Below are positions 7,431 to 13,755 of a DNA stretch of 20,000 nucleotides, in pieces. The position numbers and the translations under genes are program-made. The notes beneath the pieces are model-generated. The model saw only the letters and a program-made list of their open reading frames with translations. It was not told the origin of the DNA and did no database searches. The DNA is from an uncultured virus (IMG/VR IMGVR_UViG_3300003364_000021) (Duplodnaviria > Heunggongvirae > Uroviricota > Caudoviricetes): IMG/VR virus record IMGVR_UViG_3300003364_000021, positions 60,839 to 80,838 of that record; one strand, given 5' to 3'. Each line of letters begins with the position of its first letter. Position 1 is the first letter of the stretch.

Positions 7431-8516
7431 ATGACAAAACCGCTTCACATCTTCCGCGCTGGCCGCCACACCGCCCAATCCGGGCAGAGCTTCGAATTTT
7501 CCGAGGCTGAGGTTGAGGGCATCGCCGCTGCCTATGATCCCGCCCTCCACGAGGCCCCCATTGTCGTGGGCCATCCCCGCACCGATGCCCCGGCCTATGG
7601 CTGGGTGAAATCCCTGCGCGCCGAAGGGGCCGAGCTTTTCGCCGAGCCTGACCAGGTCGAGCCTGCCTTCGCCGAGATGGTGCGCGCCGGACGCTTCAAG
7701 CGGATCAGCGCCTCTTTCTATCCCCCCAAGGCCGCCGCTAACCCGACCCCCGGCATCTATTACCTCAAGCATGTGGGCTTTCTGGGTGCTCAGCCCCCCG
7801 CCGTGAAAGGCCTCAAGGCGGCCGAGTTCTCTGAGGACGCCGAGGCCGTGACCCTTGAGATCGCCTTCTCGGAAGAAGACGCGCCTGTCGCCAGTTTCGG
7901 CGATGCCCTGAAAGGCGCGATCTCCGCCGTCCTGTCCTGGGCACGCACGCCCGCAGGCCAGGAGGCACTCCGCGACGCCGCAGGCGCGCCCGAGACCGAG
8001 CCCGCCCCATTCGCCGAAACCCAAGAAGGAGACCCCGATATGTCCGGCACGGACAAGCCAACCCCCGAAGACCGCCAAGCCGCGCTCGATGCGCGCGAGG
8101 CCGAGATTGCCGCCAAGGAGGCGGCCTTCGCCGAAGGTACGCGCGCCGCACGCCGCGCCGAAGACGCGGCCCTCCTCGACGCCCTTGCCAAGGACGGGCG
8201 CATCGCCCCCGGCCTCAAGGATGAGATGGCCGCGTTCATGGAAAACCTCGACGCGACGGACGAGGTGTCTTTTGCCGAAGGCAAGACCGCCAGCCAGCGC
8301 GACTGGTTCCGCGACCTGCTCTCAAAACGGGCCAAGCCGCTGATCGATTTCAGCGAGCGGGCGGGTGGTGACGCCCTGCCACAGGTCAAGGGAGCGGACG
8401 ACATCACCGCAGCGGCCAAGCGGCTGATCAAGGACGCCGAGGCCGAAGGCCGAACGCTGAGCTTTGCGGAGGCGGCCCGGCAGATCGAAGAAACCATGGA
8501 GAGCGACGATGCCTAA
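7431..8516 (+). CDS. Prohead protease/scaffold (Mu gpI-like)
   Basis: IFRAGRH, YDP.LHEAPIVVGHP....PAYGWV, GRFKRISASFY, YLKHVGFLGAQPPAVKGL, followed by an acidic Ala-rich scaffold half. Confidence 0.9.
   Translation: MTKPLHIFRAGRHTAQSGQSFEFSEAEVEGIAAAYDPALHEAPIVVGHPRTDAPAYGWVKSLRAEGAELFAEPDQVEPAFAEMVRAGRFKRISASFYPPKAAANPTPGIYYLKHVGFLGAQPPAVKGLKAAEFSEDAEAVTLEIAFSEEDAPVASFGDALKGAISAVLSWARTPAGQEALRDAAGAPETEPAPFAETQEGDPDMSGTDKPTPEDRQAALDAREAEIAAKEAAFAEGTRAARRAEDAALLDALAKDGRIAPGLKDEMAAFMENLDATDEVSFAEGKTASQRDWFRDLLSKRAKPLIDFSERAGGDALPQVKGADDITAAAKRLIKDAEAEGRTLSFAEAARQIEETMESDDA
8040..8516 (+). CDS. Nested in-frame scaffolding protein (Mu gpZ-like)
   Basis: AAGGAG at 8026-8031 precedes an in-frame ATG at 8040 (MSGTDKPTPE...). 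Mu I/Z uses the same internal-start arrangement. Confidence 0.65.
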   Translation: MSGTDKPTPEDRQAALDAREAEIAAKEAAFAEGTRAARRAEDAALLDALAKDGRIAPGLKDEMAAFMENLDATDEVSFAEGKTASQRDWFRDLLSKRAKPLIDFSERAGGDALPQVKGADDITAAAKRLIKDAEAEGRTLSFAEAARQIEETMESDDA

Positions 8517-8874
8517 TCCCGGTATGTTCATCAAATCCTACACCGCCGAGGCGGCGGTGCCCGGCCGCCGGATCGTCAAATTCGGCGCGGGCGGCGGCAT
8601 CCTTGTGGCCGCCTCCGCGACCAATCTCGCGATTGGCATCTCGGACCAACTGGATGCGGCCATTGGCCAGACAGCGGACGTGATCATGTCCGGCTCCGGA
8701 GAGCTCAAGCTCGCGGGCACAGTCGCCGCAGGTGCGCCCGTCGCCTCGAACGCCTCGGGCCTCGGTGTGGCCGCAGTGGCCGGAGCCGGAAACATCGCCA
8801 TCGGCTACGCGCTGCAGGCGGGCGTCGCTGGCGACATCATCGACGTGGCCATCGCCCGTCACTCTGTCACCTGA
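8509..8874 (+). CDS. Capsid cement/decoration protein (DUF2190-like)
   Basis: Small Ala/Gly-rich protein (AIGIS, V..SG, V.AGAPVAS.ASG, IGYAL.AG.AGDIIDV) between scaffold and capsid. GGAG precedes ATG 8509. Confidence 0.75.
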   Translation: MPNPGMFIKSYTAEAAVPGRRIVKFGAGGGILVAASATNLAIGISDQLDAAIGQTADVIMSGSGELKLAGTVAAGAPVASNASGLGVAAVAGAGNIAIGYALQAGVAGDIIDVAIARHSVT

Positions 8875-8893
8875 TCTTTAGGAGCGCTGATCC

Positions 8894-9853
8894 ATGAGCA
8901 CCCCCACCCCCTTTGTCGTCGATCCGGTCCTGACCGCCATCGCCGTCAATTTCCGCAACCCCGACATCTCGTTCATTGCCGACGAGGTCATGCCGCGCGT
9001 GCCGGTCATGGCTACGGATTTCAAATGGACCTATTTCCCGCCTGAGCAGATGTTCACGGTGCCCGACACGGAAGTCGGCCGCAAAGGTCTGGTCCAACAG
9101 GTTGAGTTCACCGGCGAAGAGCGCACCTCTTCGGTCAAGGACTACGGTCTCGACGACGTGGTGCCGCAGCGCGACATCGATGCCGCCCGCGCCCTGCGCG
9201 CCGCTGGCAATTCGGCTTTCGATCCCGAGGCGCGCGCCGTCGAGGGTCTGGCCCATCTGATCCAGCTCGACCGCGAAAAGCGCGTGGCCGCCATGGTGCA
9301 GGACGCGGCCAACTATGACGCGGACAAAAAAGTGGTGCTCTCGGGCGCGGGCCAGTTCAGCGATCCCACGTCCGATCCCATCGGCGTGATCTCTGCCGCC
9401 CTTGATGCCACCTTCATCATGCGCCCCAACGTGGCCGCGATGGGGCGTAAGGCCTGGACGGCGCTCTCGACCCATCCCGATATCCTGAAGGCCATCAACC
9501 GGACCTCGGGCGACAAGGGCCGCGCCGGCCGCGAGGCGGTGGCGGAGCTTTTCGAACTCTCTCAGATCCTCGTGGGCGACAGCTATATCAACTCGGCCCG
9601 CAAGGGTCAGACGGCTGCCTTCGAGAAGGTCTGGGGCGGCAATATCGCCCTGATCCATCGCAACACTCAGGCCGGTCCGGACGGCACCGCCCCCGCATGG
9701 GGCTGGACGGCGCAGTTCGACGGGCGCGTCTCGGGGCGCTTCTTTGACCCCAAGGTCGGCCTCAAAGGTTCCACCACGCTCCGCGTAGGCGAGCAGGTCC
9801 GCGAAGTCATCGCGGCTCCGGCCACCGGCTATCTGATCGAGGATGCGGCATGA
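8894..9853 (+). CDS. Major capsid protein
   Basis: 319 aa with DPVLTAIA..F.N...IADEVMPRVPV, L.REKRVA, SDPI..I and RPN...MG...W..L..HP. AGGAG SD and expected position. Confidence 0.88.
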   Translation: MSTPTPFVVDPVLTAIAVNFRNPDISFIADEVMPRVPVMATDFKWTYFPPEQMFTVPDTEVGRKGLVQQVEFTGEERTSSVKDYGLDDVVPQRDIDAARALRAAGNSAFDPEARAVEGLAHLIQLDREKRVAAMVQDAANYDADKKVVLSGAGQFSDPTSDPIGVISAALDATFIMRPNVAAMGRKAWTALSTHPDILKAINRTSGDKGRAGREAVAELFELSQILVGDSYINSARKGQTAAFEKVWGGNIALIHRNTQAGPDGTAPAWGWTAQFDGRVSGRFFDPKVGLKGSTTLRVGEQVREVIAAPATGYLIEDAA

Positions 9854-10206
9854 GCTATCTCATCAAACGCACCGTGATCGCAGCCAAGCGGCTGGAGGCG
9901 GGAACGACCGTCCCCGCGCAAAAAATCGGCGGGGAGGCGCAGATTGCGCGCCTTCTCGCCCTGGGCGCAATCGAAGAGGCCGGGGACGCGGCAGACACCG
10001 CGCCGCCGCTTGTCCTCGACGACGCGCTGCGCGTGGCCTTGACCAATGCCATCAACGCCCTGCCCGGCGACGCCTTCGACAAGAGCGGCAAGCCCAAGGT
10101 CAAGGCACTGCAGGACGCGCTTCCCGGTTTGGCCGACCAGATCACCGCCGCCGCGCGGGATTCGGTCTGGGCCGGGATGCAGGCCGCCGCCAACGCGGCA
10201 TCCTGA
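9850..10206 (+). CDS. Mu gp35/HI1506-like post-capsid protein
   Basis: LLALGAIEE N-terminal module and F.KSGKPKVKAL...ITAA.RD..W C-terminal module; immediately after the capsid gene. Confidence 0.6.
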   Translation: MSYLIKRTVIAAKRLEAGTTVPAQKIGGEAQIARLLALGAIEEAGDAADTAPPLVLDDALRVALTNAINALPGDAFDKSGKPKVKALQDALPGLADQITAAARDSVWAGMQAAANAAS

Positions 10207-10360
10207 AATTCCAGAGCGAAAGGATCAATCGCGAACCTCACGGGCACATAGGGCGACAACCAGACCCCTCCGGAGGCGATCCGAGTAGGCGCGGCCCACG
10301 CGAGTTGGAGCCTGCAACGTCTGAGGAATGGACGTGACAGCCGGGAGAGACCGGCACCAA
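10207..10360 (+). ncRNA. Candidate structured RNA / leader element upstream of the acb2-like gene
   Basis: Multiple pairings: CAGAC(10261-65)/GTCTG(10319-23), CCT-CCGG-AGG, TCCGA/TTGGA, GTAGG/CCTGC, CGCG/CGCG, and GCCGG-GAGAGA-CCGGC(10340-55). Confidence 0.45.
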
Positions 10361-10382
10361 ACACCCAACCCGGAGGCGCGCC

Positions 10383-10610
10383 ATGGCCGAGACGATCAAG
10401 AGCACCGACGACACCCGGGTCGAAAACAGCCCCGTGCGGCACAGCTACCGCAAACTGGGCGACATCGAGAAGGCCCGGGTCGAGGCGATCAAGGATATCG
10501 GCCAAAGGTTTCTCGACGAGATCGCCGCCGATCAGGGCCGCGAGTTTTCCCTCGCGCGCACCAAGATCGAAGAGGCCGTCATGTGGGCCGTCAAAGGGGT
10601 GGCCCGCTGA
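10383..10610 (+). CDS. acb2: Acb2/Vs.4-like (Acb2/Tad1 hairpin) cyclic-oligonucleotide sponge, anti-CBASS candidate
   Basis: YRKL...E......IKD.G..F and RE.SLARTKIEEAVMWAVKGV resemble Acb2 (YR.L..EEI.....KE.G..F) and T4 Vs.4 (AKTKLKEASMWA..AV) as recalled. GGAGG SD. Confidence 0.75.
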   Translation: MAETIKSTDDTRVENSPVRHSYRKLGDIEKARVEAIKDIGQRFLDEIAADQGREFSLARTKIEEAVMWAVKGVAR

Positions 10611-11035
10611 TGGCCTACCTGACTGTGCAAGACATGATCGACCGCTACGGCGAAGGCTTCCTCGCCGAAGTGACGGCGCGTGACACAATCCCCGGCGTGA
10701 TCGGTATGACCGCGCTGCAGGTGGCCGTGGACGACGCCGTGTCTGTCGCCGAGAGCTATGTCGCAGGGCTTTACAATGCAGACAATCCGCCCCGTGTCCT
10801 GACGATGCATACTGCGGCAATTGCCTGGTACCGGCTGCTCGGTGCGCGGGCCGCCGCCTTTGACGGGGCCGAAGAGGGCTATGAGGCCGCGATCAGCTTT
10901 CTGCGCGAAGTGCGCAAGGGCGAGGCCTCGCTCGGAGACGAGACGCCCGAGGACACAGGCCGGGGCAATCCCCAGCTACCCCAGATCAGCGCGCCGGAGG
11001 GCACCTTCACCCGCGACAGCCTGAAGGGGTTCTGA
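10610..11035 (+). CDS. Head-tail adaptor (Mu gp36 / DUF1320)
   Basis: MAYLTVQDMIDRYGE, A..DA....ESY..G.Y, IAWYRL, YEAAISFL..V.KG.ASLG, and a terminal F.RDSLKGF. Confidence 0.88.
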   Translation: MAYLTVQDMIDRYGEGFLAEVTARDTIPGVIGMTALQVAVDDAVSVAESYVAGLYNADNPPRVLTMHTAAIAWYRLLGARAAAFDGAEEGYEAAISFLREVRKGEASLGDETPEDTGRGNPQLPQISAPEGTFTRDSLKGF

Positions 11036-11036
11036 G

Positions 11037-11540
11037 ATGGTCACCCTCACAGTCAGCCTCGACAGTCTCGACTTTGACAGCGCCATTGCCAATGGCCTGC
11101 GCCAGTTGTCCGACCTCACCCCTTTGATGCGCCGCATCGGCACCGTTCTGGAAACCTCCGTCTCGGAGCGGTTCGAGAAGGGCGAAGGCCCGGGCGGCAT
11201 CGCGTGGCCCGTCTCGCACCGCGCGCGCGAGTTCGGCGGCAAGACGCTGGTCGACAGTACACGCCTGCGGGACAGCATCGTGACAGAGGCTGACAGCCAG
11301 TCCGCGCGCATCGGCACCAACGTGCCCTACGCCGCCACCCATCAGTTTGGCGCGTTCATCGAGCCGAAGGCCGCGGGCGGTGACGCCACGGCCAAACTCG
11401 CCTTCACCCTGCCCAATGGCCAATTCATCATGGTCGACCAGGTCGAAATTCCAGCCCGGCCCTTTCTGGGCTTTGACGACAAGGACGAGACCGACATCGT
11501 GGACACGGTCGAGACCTATCTCCGCGAGGTATTCGCATGA
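11037..11540 (+). CDS. Phage virion morphogenesis protein (Mu gpG / P2 gpS family)
   Basis: DLTPLM..IG, RF.....P.G..W, L.D..RLR.SI, IGTNVPYAA.HQFG, IPARPFLG. Confidence 0.9.
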   Translation: MVTLTVSLDSLDFDSAIANGLRQLSDLTPLMRRIGTVLETSVSERFEKGEGPGGIAWPVSHRAREFGGKTLVDSTRLRDSIVTEADSQSARIGTNVPYAATHQFGAFIEPKAAGGDATAKLAFTLPNGQFIMVDQVEIPARPFLGFDDKDETDIVDTVETYLREVFA

Positions 11541-11971
11541 ACATCTCCGATGTCATGGCCCGCCTCGCGGCTGAGGTGCCCGAACTTGGCGGTCGTATCG
11601 ACGGCGGGCGCGCCTTTGTCGATCTGATCCGCTCGAAGAAACTGCCGGCGCAATCGGTCGCGGCCTATGTCTTTCCCTCCGGCATTCAGGGGGGCCGCCC
11701 GGATGCTGCGTCGGGTGTGTTCAGCCAGATGCTGACCCACCGCACGAGCGTGGTGATCTTCGCCCAAAGTTTTGATCGCACCGGGGCCGCCTCCCTCGAC
11801 AAGATCGACCAGTTCCTGATGCGCGTGGTGCGCGCCTTGGCGGGATGGGCACCGGGCGACGAGGTCGGTGTCTTCCGGTTCGAGCGCGGCCAACTCATGT
11901 CCAGCGGTGCCGGTGTGCTCGCCTACCAGCTTGATTTCTCCATCGATGACCAACTGAGGATCCTCTCATGA
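11537..11971 (+). CDS. Tail terminator / gp37-like tail completion protein
   Basis: RL...VP.L, A.YV.P, V.RAL.GW.P, F..G.L.....G.L.YQLDF; positioned before the tail tube. Confidence 0.75.
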   Translation: MNISDVMARLAAEVPELGGRIDGGRAFVDLIRSKKLPAQSVAAYVFPSGIQGGRPDAASGVFSQMLTHRTSVVIFAQSFDRTGAASLDKIDQFLMRVVRALAGWAPGDEVGVFRFERGQLMSSGAGVLAYQLDFSIDDQLRILS

Positions 11972-12096
11972 CCAATCTTCCGACCTCCGGCGGGGCGTAC
12001 ACCCGCGATGACAAGGGCGCGCTGAAGCGCGCGGATGCGTCGCCCTCAAAGCCCGCCCCCACCCCGAAACCCGAGAAGAAGGACGCTGACAAATGA
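11968..12096 (+). CDS. Small 42-aa protein not in the ORF track (gp38 position)
   Basis: MTNLPTSGGAYTRDDKGALKRADASPSKPAPTPKPEKKDADK*. ATGA overlaps at both ends and GAGGA SD. Confidence 0.7.
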   Translation: MTNLPTSGGAYTRDDKGALKRADASPSKPAPTPKPEKKDADK

Positions 12097-13028
12097 GCCT
12101 GCTCTGGAGACGCAAGGTCCTGCTGGCCAAGCAGGAAACCACCTATGGCACCGATGCCGCCCCGACCGGCACTGATGCAATCCTCGCCACGGATGTGCGC
12201 CTGTCGCCGATGCAGGGTCAGGATCTGGACCGCAATCTCGATACGCCGCACGGCGGCCCCACCGGCACGATCCCCGTCGATCTGCACCGCACGATCTCGT
12301 TCAAGGTCGAACTGGCAGGCTCCGGTACCGTCGGCACCGCGCCCCGCTGGGGCCGTCTCCTGCGCGCCTGCGGCTGTGCCGAGACCGTGACGGCGGCCAC
12401 CTCCGTGGTCTACAACCGGGTCTATTCAAACCTCGAGAGCATCACACTCCACCTCAATATCGGCGGCACGCTCTATGCCATGGTGGGCGTGCGCGGCACC
12501 GCCGCCTTTGACGTCTCGGCCTCGGGCATTCCCTATATCGAGTTCGAGTTCACGGCCCTCTATGTGGCCCCGGCCGACGTGGTCCAGCCAACCCCGGACT
12601 TTATCGGCATTCCCGACCCGCTGGCCGCGTCGGATGCCAACACGCCGGTCTTCACGATTGATAGCACCTCGCTCGTGATGCGCAATTTCAAGCTCACCCT
12701 CGCCAACCGCATCGAGGCGCAGTTTCTGATCGGCGAGGAGGAAGTGATCCTCGACGGGCATGAGAACACCATCGAGGCGCGGGTGCGCGCCGTGACGCTC
12801 TCCACCTTCAACCCGTTCACCATGGCGGCCACCCAAGAGAAGGTCGCCGTCGAGATCGAGCACGGCAAGACGGCGGGCAACATCGTCAATATCGCGGCCC
12901 CGAATGCCCAGATGCAGCGTCCCGAGGGGCTGGAGGACGGGCAAGGCCGCAAGGAATGGCCGCTGCGCCTCGTGCCACTGCCCACCGCCTCCACCGCCGC
13001 CGACCAGTGGGCGATGACGCTCACCTGA
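12093..13028 (+). CDS. Major tail tube protein (non-contractile tail)
   Basis: LLAK.ETTYGTD..P, F.VELAGSGT.GTAP.WG.LLRACG; 311 aa, Thr-rich and beta-type. No sheath gene is present. Confidence 0.85.
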   Translation: MSLLWRRKVLLAKQETTYGTDAAPTGTDAILATDVRLSPMQGQDLDRNLDTPHGGPTGTIPVDLHRTISFKVELAGSGTVGTAPRWGRLLRACGCAETVTAATSVVYNRVYSNLESITLHLNIGGTLYAMVGVRGTAAFDVSASGIPYIEFEFTALYVAPADVVQPTPDFIGIPDPLAASDANTPVFTIDSTSLVMRNFKLTLANRIEAQFLIGEEEVILDGHENTIEARVRAVTLSTFNPFTMAATQEKVAVEIEHGKTAGNIVNIAAPNAQMQRPEGLEDGQGRKEWPLRLVPLPTASTAADQWAMTLT

Positions 13029-13077
13029 GGGGGTTCAACGCCCCCTTCAATGCCCCTTTGAAAGAGAGTTCACCCCC

Positions 13078-13407
13078 ATGTTCAAGATCGACCAGACGCC
13101 GACCTTCACCCACCCTGTCGAGATCAAGGTGCCCGCCGATGGCGGCCATGATCTCCAGACGCTCAATGCCACCTTCCGCGTGCTGCCCGATGAAGAGATT
13201 GAGGCGCTCGACATGCGCACCACGCGCGGCGAGCGCGAGTTCCTGTCGGCGGCCATCGTCAGTCTCGACGACATCGAGGACGAGAAGGGCAACAAGCTGC
13301 CTTACAGCCACGGCCTGCGCGACCGGCTGATTGGACTGGCCTATGTCCGCGTCGCCCTGGTCAACGCCTATTACGCGGCGTTGGTGGGGAAACGGGTAAA
13401 AAACTGA
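13078..13407 (+). CDS. Tail assembly chaperone (lambda gpG analogue)
   Basis: MFKI...PTF..PV.I.VP, DE.GN.LPYS, ending in R.KN*; located between tube and tape measure. Confidence 0.85.
   Translation: MFKIDQTPTFTHPVEIKVPADGGHDLQTLNATFRVLPDEEIEALDMRTTRGEREFLSAAIVSLDDIEDEKGNKLPYSHGLRDRLIGLAYVRVALVNAYYAALVGKRVKN
13398..13404 (+). other. Programmed -1 ribosomal frameshift site A AAA AAC
   Basis: X XXY YYZ heptamer in the correct phase just before the chaperone stop; the -1 frame is open to 13754. Confidence 0.8.
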
Positions 13408-13754
13408 AATGGGCCGGGCGGGCATGGGCGCGCGGCGACCTGATCGCAGATGACGCAGGCGGCGACCATGACGACGAGGCGGAATTCTGGGGGATCGACC
13501 CGGGTCACCTCCGCCGCGATCCGTCCGGCTCTGGTGTTTGGCCGCAGAATGTCCCGGCGGTGCGGGCCTTTCTCGCGGTCTGCAATCAATGGCGCACCGT
13601 CTCGGCCGGGCTGGCGGGTTTCCGCGTGGTGGGCCTTGACTACACGGCCGCGCGGGCGGGCCTGCGCATGAGCGGGGTCAAGGTCACGCCCGCGCTTTGG
13701 GCCGAGGTGCAGGTGATCGAAGGCGCGGCTGTGGCCGCGATGAGGGAGAACTGA
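13404..13754 (+). CDS. Frameshift extension of the tail chaperone (gpGT analogue, DUF1799-like)
   Basis: The -1 frame reads LKWAGRAWARGD...VWPQNVPAVRAFLAVCNQWR...GLDYTA...VQVIEGAAV; no good independent start. Confidence 0.8.
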   Translation: MKWAGRAWARGDLIADDAGGDHDDEAEFWGIDPGHLRRDPSGSGVWPQNVPAVRAFLAVCNQWRTVSAGLAGFRVVGLDYTAARAGLRMSGVKVTPALWAEVQVIEGAAVAAMREN

Positions 13755-13755
13755 G

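Noticed and set aside
6930..7432. ORFs spanning the 7133-7430 gap on either strand
   Set aside because: They have Pro/Arg/Gly-rich non-protein-like composition and no SD, and they overlap the candidate promoter and the acidic ORF.
10340..10360. GCCGG hairpin as an intrinsic terminator
   Set aside because: There is no U-tract on the + strand and only a weak one on the - strand. It is treated as part of the structured element instead.
10328..10609. 5' extension of gp36 (235-aa call starting MDVTAGRDRH)
   Set aside because: It overlaps the acb2-like gene and the RNA hairpin. gp36 homology starts at MAYLT (10610).
13386..13393. GGGAAAC as the frameshift site
   Set aside because: It is out of phase for X XXY YYZ in the chaperone frame, whereas A AAA AAC at 13398 is in phase.
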